Assembly: GCA_022813865.1 (NCBI GenBank)
Contig: JALDZX010000010.1
Span: 1 to 64,000, forward strand
Origin: Xylographa opegraphella
Taxonomy: Eukaryota
DNA: 64,000 nucleotides
Direction: 5' to 3'
Positions 13,004-26,439 of the stretch are shown piece by piece; position 1 is the stretch's first letter, and each line of letters begins with the position of its first letter. The position numbers and the translations under genes were made by a program. Under the pieces are notes generated by a model. The model was not told the origin of the DNA. It made no database searches and was given only the letters and a program-made list of their open reading frames with translations.

Positions 13004-15090
13004 CTATTGCGCCGAATAGTATACTGCCGGCTGCGGAACCATGTATCCGTTTTGTGGTGCGTAGGCCACTGGTTGAAATACGGCCGGGCTGTCGGCACTG
13101 GTAGAAATCTGGGAGGAATCGTAGTAATAGACCATCCCGTTGCTTTCATGGGCTACCGTACCAGCTTGCGTAGAAGCTTCAGGTGGAGTAGGTGGCGGGG
13201 GACCAGGAATCACAAACGGGTATGCTTGTCCTGGCACAAATGCGGGACCCGCAACAGAAGGGCCCATGGCAGGAGCCGGTGAAGGATAGTAATAGACCGG
13301 AGGCGCGTATTGCTGCGGATAAAAAGCCGGAGGAGCCTGCTGATAAGGGAATGGGTGAAATGGTTGAGCATGGATCGCCCGTTCTGGGATCTGGGAGAGT
13401 GGAGTTCCCCTTTGACTAGGATGGGATGGATGACGCGAATGAGGGAACACGTTGAGCTCTTGCGGATAGCCCTGGCCGTTGACTTGTATTGGAACCTGTT
13501 GATGGAAAGGCTGCTGCATTTGTTGTTGAGGGGGATTGAAGTCCATCGTGGCTGGAGACTCAATATCCGCGACGGAGACGGTCTTCTGAGGTCGTGGTTG
13601 GTACATGGGCAGAGGTGAGGGTAGTCCTTCCGTCGATGTTGAAGTTTGAGGCACTGGGTAGTATGGAGCTTGAGGAAGGTTGACAACTGGGCTGGGACCG
13701 TTTGAAACTAAGAATCGTTGACCTTGGTCGGCTGAAGGTGGTAGTCGGACCACAGGCTTTCCATTATCCAACAATCCGCTCTGATTTCGTGATATTGCCG
13801 ACCCAGCAGGTGAGGCAAGCCCGTCCCTGACGTTTTCTCGGGCCTGCGATGATCGTCTACTCATTGCCACGCTCGGCGAGTAATTGCTTCCTCCATAAAC
13901 ACTTGTTCTCCTGCTGGCGAACCCACCGTATGCACTGAAACTGCCTCTTCCTCTACCACGGCCGAAACCTTGTTGATTGGGTCGAAGAGCCCTGGGTATG
14001 AAAATGAATGATCGGTCGAGGGCTGGGAAGATGTAACGAGGAGGACAATCAGGCAGAGAGATGCGAACAGGCTTGTCACGGCGTAGCGGTGGACGATGAT
14101 GTGGAAGTCGGGTGTGCTGGTTGACAGGTACCGCGGAGAAGATGATGGGATCTTTCATGCCTGCAACGAACACCCGTATTTGCACGTTCGCCACACGCGT
14201 AGTCTTTGAAAATGATCTGTTTGGGGGTGGCGTCCGGTCCGACTGATAACCTTGCCGTAGAGGGTTACTAGAGTTCAACGGTAGCTTGATTGCAGGTGGA
14301 CCAAGATCTGCAGGGCCTATTTGCGCGACAGTCTCATGTAAATCATGTGCCCAAGGAGCATCGGCAGGATTTTGAGCTTGTGGCGTCGGGCTATTTCATG
14401 TCAGTAAAATGGTCGGCAGTTGAAGTTTCTCTATACTCACTTCATTGGAGAAGGTACAGCACCAAATCCTCCACGTCCTCGTCCACGACCTCTCCCAGAC
14501 GGTCTAAATCCATTCTGACCTGGAGCTGCAGAACGGTGATCATGCATGAAAAAGCCACCTCGATTAGGAACGAATGCTGGATCCGCGTCCCGTTTCTGCT
14601 TGTACTCTTCATGTTCTCTTCGCCGCCGCTCTATCAATGTCTCCGTCTTGTCAGACAAAACCCGGTCCACACCAGCAGGTACTTGAGATTGCAGCGCCTC
14701 TCCCTGAATGCCCAAGTCGTCAAAATTTATTTCTTCTACCGCGTTGGCGTCATCCGATATCTTCATGCCATTCATCATAGCTTCCGTATCGGCCACAGCG
14801 GGTGTCAGTGATTGATGCTTCGTTGTGGAAGCCGCCTCGTCAGCTTTTGCGTTTGCTTCATCAACTTGCTTTTCTATAGCGTTTCGTCTCTTAGCGGGAC
14901 TCCTTTTTGATGCACCTATATCACTGGTATCGCTCCCTTCTGCGTCGGCATCGTCGTCAGCATCGCTGATCGCGGACCCTTCACTCAAAGAATCTTCTTC
15001 AACACCCGCAGTCACAGATCCCTCCTCTTCCTCGTCATCCTCGACCCTACGCCTACTCGCGATGAGGTTCTTACGTCGGGGAGCGCCCAT
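13004..15090 (-). CDS. CASC3/Barentsz (Btz/SELOR domain) exon-junction-complex protein
   Basis: DADPAFVPNRGGFFMHDHR and, after intron 14440-14391, WAHDLHE: the two halves of the Btz motif. P/Q-rich C-terminus. Confidence 0.8.
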
Positions 15091-15816
15091 GGTGAGATCC
15101 GCAAGTGATTGTAGAGTATTAGGGGGCAGTGAGAGGTTCGTGAAGACGTCGACTTGGTTGATTAGGCATCAACGCCGCCGGCCGTGACGGCTCGTTTTGG
15201 TGATGCTACTCAGGCTCTAATGCGAGGATATTGAATCCTCCAGCTGCCATTCGTCCCGTAGAGGGTGGTGAGGCGTGGCGAGAGTCGGTCACGAATGCGC
15301 GTTGAAGAACTTGTGTCGTCACCCGGATGCATCTGGTTCTTAAAATTATAATCGCTTCCCGCCTTACAGAAAATGGGCACGGACCCATACCTTCTCTTTC
15401 GACCGAGGGACCGACCTTGGCACAGGGAAGGAAACAGAAGACATTAGTGGGGAAACATTAACGGAGGGGCCTCTACGGAACCCCGACTCCCAGCGGCCGG
15501 TCCCCGTAAAGTGAGCGATTGCGCCCAGCATTAATTACGAAGTACCCGCAGTTATATAAGCGACCAGCTCTTCACCCTCTGACAGACATTTGAGGACGAA
15601 CAATCTTTAATTGCAGATCGCATTACTTATGTGTTTATTGACCTATCATACAAATCATCTACTCAAGATGATGAACCATTACTCTCAAGCCAAAGAAGGG
15701 GAGAAAAGGCTCCATAAAATACATCCCCGGATCGTACCACCGCGAATTACTATTTACGGCAAGGTCTGGTCATGGACATCAGACACCTGCTTCATGCAAA
15801 CGATTCAACAGACCTT

Positions 15817-17940
15817 TTACCGCATAGGAGGTCCTCCGATACCACCACCCATTCCCTGCAAGCGGCTTGCAAGCTGAGGATATTTCTCTTGGACTTCTAG
15901 TTGCGTCCTGGTTGCTTCGGCATATGATAGCGCATTCACAATCTCGGCCTCCGTTCTCGAGAGCTCAGCTGCTCTTTCAAAGTACTTCAGGGCTTCGGTA
16001 ACCTTGCCTTGCTGAAGTAGGAGCTGGGCCATTGTCGCAACGGCAATATCACATTCAGGATCGACTAACGCTTAGTTTAGCACCAGAGAAATACGGAAAG
16101 GGTATTGAGAGGGACAAACTTATCAGAGCCTTTTGGCATAACTTTTCGGCTTCTTGGAAGTCTTGTTTCCATTGGAAGAGTGCAAGAGCCTTGTTGATCA
16201 ATGGCAGGACATTCATGCCCAAAGGCTTCGTCTGCTTCTCCATTTCCACAGCAGTGTCAAATTTCTCGATGGCTTCTTGGTATTTCTGCTGATCCAGTAA
16301 AAGCTCTCCATAGTAGTTGTATACATCAGGAACCTTATCAAAATTCTTGATCGTTCGTCGGAATGTTGCCATCGACGACGCGATAGAGCCCATCTTGTAT
16401 TGCGTGACTCCCAACTGGATATGAGAGAATATGAAGTCCCGATCTAGATCTATTGACTTCTGATAGTCTTTGGCGGCTTCGGCGAATTCTCCAAGAATGA
16501 AGTGAAGTTGTGCTCTGTGATAGTAGATATCGGGATCTTCTTTATTCTGCTCCATAGCTTGTTCGAAATCATTTGCAGCTGCCTCTCGGTTGCCTATGCA
16601 AATATCAGTACTTCTCTCTATATCCTCTTCTCGTATAGCCGCTTACCGAGTTCAAGATGCATGCTTGCCCGTTTGATGAAACTCTGAGTCAAGGATGGCT
16701 GTAGCTTGACACTTGTGGATAGATCCTCAAGAGCGCTGGCATTTTCACCACGTAGATACCTAAAAGTACCGCGCATGTTGTAGGCAAAACCTTCATACTC
16801 GCCGAGATCGCCTAGCTCGAGAGCCTTGTCAAAAGAGGCAGAAGCACTTTCGAAGCCGTCGCCGGTTCTTGTCGACATGGCAATCAGTCCGACCTTAAGT
16901 TGTCCCTTGCCTGTTTCTTCGTCTAGCTCTGCGGTCTCTTCGAGGCCAGCAGGTGGTGGTCGTGGCCGGAAGCTCTGAAGATAATTCGTGACAAATGTTG
17001 GACTCGGAAGTTTCTTTTCTTTGCCTTCCAGTATAGTTTTTGCTTTAGCTTCAGCGACCTTCTTCAGCAATCGCTCCACGCTTTGCGCACTTTGATCATT
17101 CCGGAAGCTGTCTATTATACAGCTCGCCGTGTAGTCTAGTAGAGCTTCGCTGTATTTCTCAAGATGTTCATATGCATTGGCTCTTCTATTGAGAGCTTTG
17201 ACATATTCGCTATCAAGGGCGATGGCAGCTGTAGTATCATCCACGACCTTATCCCATTCTCCTAAGGCATTGTAACAGGCAGCACGGTTTGAATAGAAAA
17301 TGGGATCTGGTTTGCAGAGGATTGCCTTGCCGTAAAGCTCGATCGCCTCATTGTAGCTCTTGTCACCGTATGCCTTATTTCCGGCAATTTTCAGCTTAGT
17401 GGCAAACTCCTTGCGTTCCTGTCTTTCCGTTAGAGCTATTGATCCGGGCGAGAAGTGGACAACCAACCTGGTCCGAGAGCAGATCCACCGTAGATTCGTC
17501 AACTTTCGGTAGCTCCTCTGCCGGCTCTGCTTCGACCTTTGGTTGTTTTTTTATGGACTCTAGAGATAACACGTTTGTTAGTCAGATAAAACTATCATCA
17601 ACTCGGGAAGCATACCGGATTCCTCGACCTTCGGCGGCGCAGCGTCCTTTACTGTCTCCTCCTTCTCTTTTTCTTTTTTGGCTTTCCGACGTTCCTTCTT
17701 GCTTGCCCTGCGTTTTTCCTCCGCCTGGGTGTCTCCTCTTGAATTATTAAGGTAGTATACTACTCCAGCTCCTGTAATTACCACAGCCACTCCAGCGATG
17801 CTGTAAACAACGGCCTTGTTCTCGGATGCCCATGTCGAAAGACTGTCCCATAACGATGAAGAAGAGGCATCCGAGGGCAATGAGGAAATGTCGAGGGTAG
17901 GTCCTCCTGCTTGGGGGACTGGCACCGATCCTGCAGACAT
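15817..17940 (-). CDS. TOM70: Mitochondrial import receptor Tom70 (TPR)
   Basis: N-terminal anchor ([19 protein letters not shown]) followed by a basic patch; TPR repeats (LKIAGNKAY...[18 protein letters not shown]). Several short introns. Confidence 0.95.
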
Positions 17941-18727
17941 GGCACAATTGTCTCTCGAATAAGAATCCAAATAAGGAAAAGATACGGGAAATCAGAAGGA
18001 TACCTCGAAGAAGCTCATCCAGGCGCGTGCCGGCGTTTGGTGATGCAGCTGAAGCTTTTTACTGATTAAGTTATATAATAATAAGCTCGAGACTCGAAAC
18101 TTTACGCGAGAACTGCACGCTCTATCTAGGTAATTACTTACGTCACACTTTGAATTGGCACAAATTCATTGCCTACAATTAGGGACGTTCAGCAGAGATC
18201 TACTGGTGAAATCCGTAGGGTTTGGCAGCATGATATTGCCTGAATAGGTCTTTCAACCCGAACTTCTGAATAACCAGTTGCCGACAACGACCCAACCGGT
18301 AACAAAATATCGCCAAGAACTTCCAAGTTTTATCAAAACCAGATTTTGGCAACTTTCTAGTATTAGTGATTTTCCTATATGAGTAAATAATCTCGTTGAT
18401 GAGGACGCATCTAGTATACTCAGGACCACGATGGGGCGGTAGCAGAACTCTGCACGAGAAATCGGGTCGCATGGACTGAAACATACCCATCCTAGAATAT
18501 TTACTGTAACTACACAAGATTTCCGTTCTGCTTCGTCCATCTCAACTACAATACTCGGCATATTGCTCCTTAGTACCAAGTCCCGCATAGCTTTATTATA
18601 TCCAGGCGTCTTCTAGACCTTTCTTCCTCGTTTCAACTCTATGCTCCCCTTCCAGCCTTTATATCATACAGCCTGACCACATCAACCAACCAACCAAGAC
18701 CCACCACCACCACCACCACCACCACCA

Positions 18728-19564
18728 ATGGCATACCCACCACTCACCAGTTCCTTCCTCGCCCCTCAATCGCCTCCAAACCTCGCCATCTTTACCACCC
18801 TCCGTAGCGACGCCCTACTCCTCACCCACCCTCTCAACCGCTTCTCCCCCACCTCTCCCTCCCCTCCCTCCCCCTCGCAGTTCTATCTCCTCTCGTACCA
18901 CCGTGACCGCCTCCTCTGCGCCGCGCAGCAGTTCAACTTCCAGCCAGCGATCAAACTACTCTCCACTCCCTCCAGCCTCTCGACGCTACAATCAGCCCTC
19001 GAGCAGCACCTCCTGCACACCTACTCCTCCCGCACCCACCCTTCCCCAGTGCGCATCCGCATGACCGTGTCCTCCGACGGCGCCATCACTCTAACCTCCG
19101 CTCCCACACCCGCCCTCCCCCTCAGCGCCTTCTTCCCGCTTTCCCTCTCCCCCTTCCCCGATCCGGCGACTGCTGCCTGGCGAATTCGCCTGTCTCTGAC
19201 GGCAGTGATACCATCCCCATACACGGTCCATAAGACAACGAAGCGGGAGATGTACGACACCGCTCGGGGGCTTCTATCCGCTACGGCTACGGACGTCGAG
19301 GTGTTGGTGGTGAACGAGCGGGGCGAGGTCATGGAGGGGTCGTTGACGACGCCGTATTTCTGGCGGGAGGGGAGCTGGGTCACCCCGCGGGAAGAGTGTG
19401 GGGGCAATCGAGGGACGACGAGGCGGTGGGCGTTGGAGAGAGGGGTGGCTGTAGAGGGGGTGGTCAGGGCGGAGGAGGTGCAGGTGGGAGAAGTTGTGTG
19501 GTTGAGCAATGGGGTTAGAGGGTTTGGCTGGGGAATGGTGCAGGAGGTGGGCCGGGAGGAATAG
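18728..19564 (+). CDS. ABZ2: Aminodeoxychorismate lyase (aminotransferase class IV)
   Basis: YHRDRL, HKTTKREMYD (PLP lysine), EVMEGSLTTPYF, GNRGTTRRWAL, LSNGVRG. Confidence 0.85.
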   Translation: MAYPPLTSSFLAPQSPPNLAIFTTLRSDALLLTHPLNRFSPTSPSPPSPSQFYLLSYHRDRLLCAAQQFNFQPAIKLLSTPSSLSTLQSALEQHLLHTYSSRTHPSPVRIRMTVSSDGAITLTSAPTPALPLSAFFPLSLSPFPDPATAAWRIRLSLTAVIPSPYTVHKTTKREMYDTARGLLSATATDVEVLVVNERGEVMEGSLTTPYFWREGSWVTPREECGGNRGTTRRWALERGVAVEGVVRAEEVQVGEVVWLSNGVRGFGWGMVQEVGREE

Positions 19565-19780
19565 AAGGAGGCAATTGTACTGAGTGATATTGAATTGAGG
19601 GAGCTTAATTACAATTACGCAGTTGGCCTCCCCGGTACGCCAGCCTCGAGGGTACGGCAACGTCTCGAACCTCTGCCAATCGTTATTCTCGGAACCGCTC
19701 TGCAGCGGCAGCATCGTTCTACATAGCTCCTGTGCCCGGAACGCGTCACCACAGCTCCCCTCAACCCACCACCCTCCCCA

Positions 19781-21286
19781 CTACGCCGCCCTCAACTCCG
19801 CCAGCCTCTTCTCCAGCCTCTCAATCTCCCTGTCCCGCATCTCCGCATCCGACTTCCGATCCCCCCACTCCAAGCCCCTCGGCCTCAAATACGAATCGCG
19901 CACCTCCTCCGTGATGGCGGCGCGCCGCTTGCGGAACGCGCCGACGTACTCGTGCAGCACGCCGGCACAGCGCTTCTTCAGCTCGCCGCTCTCCATGTCG
20001 CCGCTCTCGTAGCGGGCCCGGATGCGCTCGAGCTCGTCGTCGTCCTCGAGGAAGAAGCGCAGGTACTGGAAGGGGATGTCGACGGCGGTGCGGCCGCCCA
20101 GCTGGCGGTGCAGCTCGCGGCTGTCCTGCCCGCCGGAGAAGGCGTTGCCGATCTTCTTCGTGATCTGCTTGTCCGTGTCGGAGAGGTAGATGGAGGAGTC
20201 CGGGTCCGAGGCCGACATCTTGGTCTCCGCGCCGCGGAGGGAGGGCAGGAAGACGGCGTGGATGAGGGCCGGCTTGACGAAGCCGAGCTTGCCGGCATTG
20301 TCGCGGCATTGCCGGAAGTAGGGGTCCTGGTCGATGGCGCACGGGATCAGGCACGGGATCTTGGCGACTTGCTTGGTGTTGGTGCCGAAAATGAAGGGGA
20401 AGGACGTCGCGAATGCGGTGGCGGATTGCATTGCCGGGAAGCCGAATTCGGCGATGTTGTTGCTGGAAAATTGTTAGCGGGGAGTAATTGAGTGGGGGGT
20501 TGGGGAGGAGGTAGGAGGAATGGATGTACCTGTCGCCGAAGCCGAAAGTGCCTTTGATCTGGTTGATTGTGGTTCGCTTGCCTATGACGCGGACATTTCT
20601 GTTGAAGGCGCCGCCATGGCCGCCGTCGACAAAGTCGGTGTCAATGAAGATGAAGGTCTTTTTGACGTCGAAGCCGATGGCGATGATGTCCATGGCGTTT
20701 TGCAACGCAAACTTATGGCAATCTTCGAGAGTGAGCTTGGGGGCGTGGAAAAACTTCTCGTCGTCGGTCAACATGATTACCAGGGGAACGTTGAAAACCT
20801 CCTGGAGATATCTGGCTTGTTTAGCAACGAGCAAAGCAGCAATGTATCGTGCAGTGTGCGCCGGACTGCCACTCACTTTGTGAACTCGAAGGGGATAGAA
20901 TGGCCAACGTGCATACTATCACTACTGGGTCCCCTTCCCGTGTACAGAAACAAATGGTTCCCCTTTTCATACTTGTCCAGAATCAGATCGAGGTCCCGAT
21001 GGCTGAAGACCATGCCTCGCCGCATCAGCCTGTGAGGCTTGTGGCCCGTAACTTTTTCAAATCGGTCTAATAACGCTTGGTCGATCTTCTTGGAGCCGAA
21101 AGTATCGATAAGCTTGTCGTAATTAATGGCAACCACTTTCCCTGTCTCGTCAACGCCGCCGGAGACATCGAATGGTGTGATGATCTGCTCTCGGACAATG
21201 GATTGAGAAGCCGCTTGCGCTAGTACTGGAGCGGTCAGAGCTGGAGGCTGTCCAGGCTCGTCTGGTACCGCTGTGATATCTGCCAT
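19781..21286 (-). CDS. WRS1: Cytoplasmic tryptophanyl-tRNA synthetase
   Basis: YTGRGPSSDSMHVGH (HIGH-like), AIDQDPYFR, KMSAS. Introns near 20876-20813 and 20529-20463. Confidence 0.96.
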
Positions 21287-21841
21287 TCTCGTGGTATAGA
21301 GCCGCTCTGGGGAAGCAGAGTACCTCGGTTCGGAACAAAACGAAGAATCGGATTTAGTCCGTGTTGAAATAAAGAATGAATGAATTCAACAATCAATTCC
21401 AAAATAAGATACTAATCAGATGAGCGCACGGTAAAAAGTATACCAATTCAAAACACAGTGTGTCCAGACAAAAAGTTGCTATTCTTCGACGAAATCAAAG
21501 TCTTCACGGTATTTTCCCGCCAGTGATAGAGCACGAGGAACAACGGGAGCTTATGAGGAATTTGACGCAACGATACGTCTAGTCTTTTGCCCAGAATCTT
21601 TTCTTTACTATCTCATATGAAAAGTCCCATACAATCACAAGATCATTGACTCACGCCCCAAGACTAACCAAAAAGCTCTCTCACGTGACCGATAGCCCAA
21701 TGCACATTAGCGTCAGCCTAACTCAATCCATCAAACCATCCCCAGCTCTCCCAATGACGCTATCATCACCTTCTCACACTTCCCCTCGACCACAGTACTG
21801 CAACAACACCTCTCCCCCATGTCCCCACACTCACCATCACA

Positions 21842-22672
21842 ATGGTAAAGTTCCACACCGCAACCCACACCTACGAGTACCCTTTCCCCGCCGTGTCCCT
21901 CGCCTACTTCCTCCGCTACCCCAACCCATACTCCACCCACGTCCTCTCCACGGACGTCATCTCCCGGCACTTCGACCCCACGACCCAGCGCCTCCATACC
22001 GTACGGCTGCATCTCAAACGTTCCAAGCTGCCCACCACGGTACTGAAGCTCCTCCCCAAAGGCATTCTCGGCAACGCGGCAGGCGGAGACGGCAAGAGCT
22101 TTGTGCTGGAGAAAAGCACCGTCGATGTGCGGGAGGGATGGATGGAGACGGAGAGCCGCAACCTGGAGTGGACGGGCGTGCTGAGCGTCGTGGAGCGGCA
22201 GCGGTACACACGCGAGAACCCGCTGTCTGCCGAGCAGGTGCTGGACGCTGAGGAGCGGGGCCAGCCAACAGTGGGAGGGCTGCTGGGGCCGGGAAAAGAT
22301 GAAAATACAAGCGTGACCACGACGGTGACGCTGCACTCGCGTTTTGGGCAGCCGAAGTTGCTTGGGGCCTTAAGGAAGGGGGAGGTGGGCGTCGAGGACG
22401 AGGCGGGCGCGAAGAAGGGCTTCTTTTCCAGCTGGTCGACCGCGGCGCTGCAGAGGACGATCGAGGCGACGGGAGTGACACGCGCGAGGAACGCGTTGGT
22501 GAAGAGTAAGGAGGGGATGAATGTTGTGTTGGAGAGGCTGAGGACTGGGGGCGTGGTGAGGGCGGTGGAGGGGATGCGGAGGGATCATGAGTTGGTGGTG
22601 GGCGGGGGCGAGGGGAGCTGGAAGCGGGTGTGGCAGCAAGGGAGGGATGAGGGAGATGGGGATTTGGGATGA
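21842..22672 (+). CDS. UPS1: PRELI/MSF1-family mitochondrial lipid transfer protein (Ups1-like)
   Basis: MVKFH...YFLRYPNPYSTHVLSTDVISR...ETESRNLEWTGVLSVVE. Intronless. Confidence 0.85.
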   Translation: MVKFHTATHTYEYPFPAVSLAYFLRYPNPYSTHVLSTDVISRHFDPTTQRLHTVRLHLKRSKLPTTVLKLLPKGILGNAAGGDGKSFVLEKSTVDVREGWMETESRNLEWTGVLSVVERQRYTRENPLSAEQVLDAEERGQPTVGGLLGPGKDENTSVTTTVTLHSRFGQPKLLGALRKGEVGVEDEAGAKKGFFSSWSTAALQRTIEATGVTRARNALVKSKEGMNVVLERLRTGGVVRAVEGMRRDHELVVGGGEGSWKRVWQQGRDEGDGDLG

Positions 22673-23328
22673 AGCTGTTTCGAAGAGTCAGATAAGGCTT
22701 GGGAAGAGGCCGTATGTGGCAGAAGGACGAGCGGTGCTTGGAGCACCGACTGTGATGTGCCGGCTGTATGGATTGCATAGCAAGTCAGACGGGGTGCCCT
22801 GGGATTGGAAGATAGCGTGGCGCTGGGGCTGGATCATCTTCTCTCAGTGTCTTCACCACCACTTTCGCTTCTACAGGCTTGTCATTGGTACCTGGACTGC
22901 GGATAGGCGTGTCGGCTGATTGTATGTTAAACGTGCGGTATGATAACAATGGAATCGATCTCTACGGCTACAATACGATTTCAAGGAGAACAAGCTCTGT
23001 GAAATGGCTTTACGGATGACATGGTCCTTGCTGATTGCAAGCGAAAGGCAAAGTTTTTAGTTGATTTTTTTGTCATTATTGTAAGGAAAGGGTATAATGC
23101 TCGAAGCTGAATATGAACCATGAATGTAAGGCATCTGGAGCAACGCCCAGCAAATGCAACATTATCCCGACAGCTGATTTCGTAGCTCTTCCGAATATCG
23201 TCGAGCGGAGGTGGATGTATTGCTCGACTCCAGTAGAATCATGTCCTGCAATCGAAATCCGTTCTTTATGATGTTCCCATTTATGAGTCTCTTTCGAACG
23301 CTCATTAACCTACTCTCGCTGAATCGGT

Positions 23329-24092
23329 CTATCCGTAAAACCAGTACTGGGCAGCATATTGCACTTCAATCGTCGGAGCTTGGCCCTGGCAGGTCTTCGG
23401 CGGCTTTCCCCCAGCTGTAAATACCCGATACGCTCCTGCGAGACCACTACTACCCCCTAATGCACTTAGAGCCAGCCAGTCTACCGCGCCAGGCCCAACA
23501 CCATTAGGGCCCGGCGTTGATCCGGTCGGCGCCGCTATGTCTCCAATCTTACTTCCAACAAGGAGTCCGGCATTCGTTGATGTTAGATCAAAGATGGGGA
23601 CGCCTGCAGAATTAAAGAAATGATGTCCCTTGACTGGTAGACTGGAATTTTCGAGGGCAGCATAAGGGAAGGAGACAAGGTAGCTCGGAAGTATGTCGAG
23701 AACCACTTGCCCTTCCATAGGAGGAAGAAATGGCAGAAGAGGTGAGAGGTCGAAGAGCGTAGCCGACGCACCGATCGCAACGGGTACCGAATTTGCGGTC
23801 GAGTCAGCGCACGTGTAATTCTGGGTTCCACGACCCAGAGTCAGGGCTTTAAGACAGGTCCCGGCTGCAGGTGCTGGTAGGGTGTCGGTGCCTGAGGTGA
23901 TGTTGGTCAGCTGGTCCACAGGCTATGTAGAGCTTGACCCATACCATTAGAAAGCGGGACCGTATACGCAGCCAGGAAGTCTGGAGATGCTGAAGAACCC
24001 TGACGATGATGCGGCCTGGCTTCGGTAGAGGCGAACAAGGCAGCAAATACGACAAGGAAAGAAACGGTCAAAGACAAAATTGCTGGAGCCAT
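23329..24092 (-). CDS. Secreted DUF3455-family protein
   Basis: Hydrophobic signal peptide; intron 23944-23892; GRGTQNYTC, GHHFF, AVDWLAL, YRVFTAGGKPPKTC, VQYAAQYWFYG. Confidence 0.85.
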
Positions 24093-26439
24093 TGTGACTA
24101 ACGACTGAGGTCAATATCCTCAAAAGAATGAATGTAGTTGGTGGGGGATTGAGGGCTGTGCAAAGCAGTTGGAAGAGCGAGGTTGAAGATTTCGGCAGCA
24201 AGGTGAAGATGATGGAGTATCGACCGCAGCGGTCTCGAATGAGGTCTCGATAAATTTAGGGCAGACAGAAACCCTAAGCGGGAGATGGCGCTTGGGCCGA
24301 GACGAGAGCAAATGAAAGGTGAGGGTGCCACTCGTTGGGGGGGCACCTCAAACACATTATATCTTTTTTAGATCTGTTCTGCCGATGGTGCATCTGCCCT
24401 TACGTATAACTTGGAAGGCCTTTCTGGCACCGTCGAGTATGCAGTGCAGCTAAGACCGAGATGCAGGACCTACATAAGGTGGCCAGGCCCGCCACTCTTC
24501 CCCGGCCCAGCAAGATCCTCCCTCCGAAAATAGACGACTCTCGACAGTCATGGCTAAGAGATGGCAAGAGGTGGCGAGGACGTGATCTCGAAAATAGCTA
24601 GCAGACTCATGCGCCTGGGCCGCAAATCTAGCTGCTGATCATACGCTTTGCATGGCTCGCGAGCTCGGACAGAAATGAGTGGCTGGGAGTGTTGGATTTC
24701 GGGATTCTGGGCATGCAAGGCGAGCTATCCTTGTGCAGCCACAAGCGGACCGATCAGATGTTAGGATGTATACTTGGTGCCGCAGATAGCTATCCTAGCA
24801 TCGAGACTTGTGATGTTTCCAGATGCTTTTCAGAGACTCGACTCCGTACCAACGCCTTTCCACCGCAGTGAGCCTGAGTTCTGTGTCCGTCCACGGCTAT
24901 CTCGAGCTGGAGTCTGTAGATCCTAGGATATCCTAGACGAACAAAGTACTTCTGGAACATGTTCCCTAATCGCCGGAAACTGTGCCCTTCAGGATGGAAG
25001 GCTATCATGCACACGGCCGGCGAGGTTGGACAGCCAAAGCATGATGGCCGCATGCCTGCATCTCACGTTGCACGTTGGAGGCGATCAGGTAAGAATAGTA
25101 GCAAATGCAGCTGTATATGGTTAGCACGCGTCTCGTGGCCCCCAAAATACTGAAAAATGACCTGTTTCCGGTCTCCGATTCGTTCAAATTGCCGCTAATA
25201 TGCAACTTCGGCTGTTTTGTGTCGTTCGGCCGTGCTTCCAACTCTCCCACCACCATCTCGGCGGCTATCTCTGGCCTTGCTTTGGTCATTCACCGTTTCA
25301 GTGCATATCCGACGCCGCCAAGCACGAGACTGTTACGGATGATGAATAAATAACATGGGGAAACAATCCCTGGCGCTTCGGTCGTGTCTCGAGCTTTCGC
25401 TTATCCTGAACCCGAGATTGGGTGCTGGCGCTGAAGAGAGTCCGCGTTGGTGGTCGAGCTTGGCTCAACCTTCTCCAGCTTTACTCTTCCATGCTCAAAA
25501 AAGAACGCAACCTATGTTTGTAATGTACTGACTCTTGAGGTGATTCCTTGGATAGGGTTGTCACCGTAAGGGTATGCCGCGTGAGCGTTGCAAAGAATGG
25601 TCCTCGACGTTGCTGCATCATGCTACTTCCTTTTCTTTGGACAATTCGTTCGTGATGTTGTTGCATGGAGAATTCGATGCCAGCCGTATAAGTTCGGTCC
25701 TGCGTCATTATCGTCATGTTTGCTTATCTCGCAGGTTGCCATTATTCACATTCTCAAAATTGACTTGTTCGAGTAGCAGAGACCTGCAGTCACTCACGCG
25801 TCGGTGAGCAGCATATTTGACATGTATTACTGATGGTCGAAGTCACTTTTGAGCGTATCCTGTTTTGGCAGCATGCTCTAAGACAAAGTCGTTCGTGCGG
25901 GTCGCTATGGCGGGTTGTGGATCTGACTTGACGGTACGTAGTGAATCACTACCAAACTCACTTACAATAGTAAGCTTATGTGAGATGTATTCACTTCATA
26001 CGTCAATACGGGTGTTAACTTCATTGGTGTCGTTTGAATTCGCCTTATTCTGTTGTCCTATAGTCCTTTCCAAGTGTGCGCCTTCTGGCATGATGAATGC
26101 GGATACCTTACATCCATGTACTGAATCATGCGTCACTTCTATACTCATATTGAGGTCACAATATACACTCTTGATTCACAAGTGAAGGAGGCTTGGATTT
26201 CATGGGTACAAAGCTGCGAACCGTTGCGCAGACCCATCCGGCGCATTCACCAGAATTATAGATTCGCTTCCGATTCTACAAAGCTCTTTCGATTATTGTG
26301 GATCAAGCGTTTTTATCTACCTTTCCCAAATAATTAACGTGTCATAGATCAACCTTTATCATTCTCCTAACGTTTAAGAAGCCATCATTAATAGTTTCAA
26401 ACCACAGCTACAGCGATAACGGAGTCGAATACCACCGGG

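Noticed and set aside
24268..24280. AACCCTAA as a telomerase template or interstitial telomere (also near 34300)
   Set aside because: Single incomplete matches; the one near 34300 overlaps an intron branch site.
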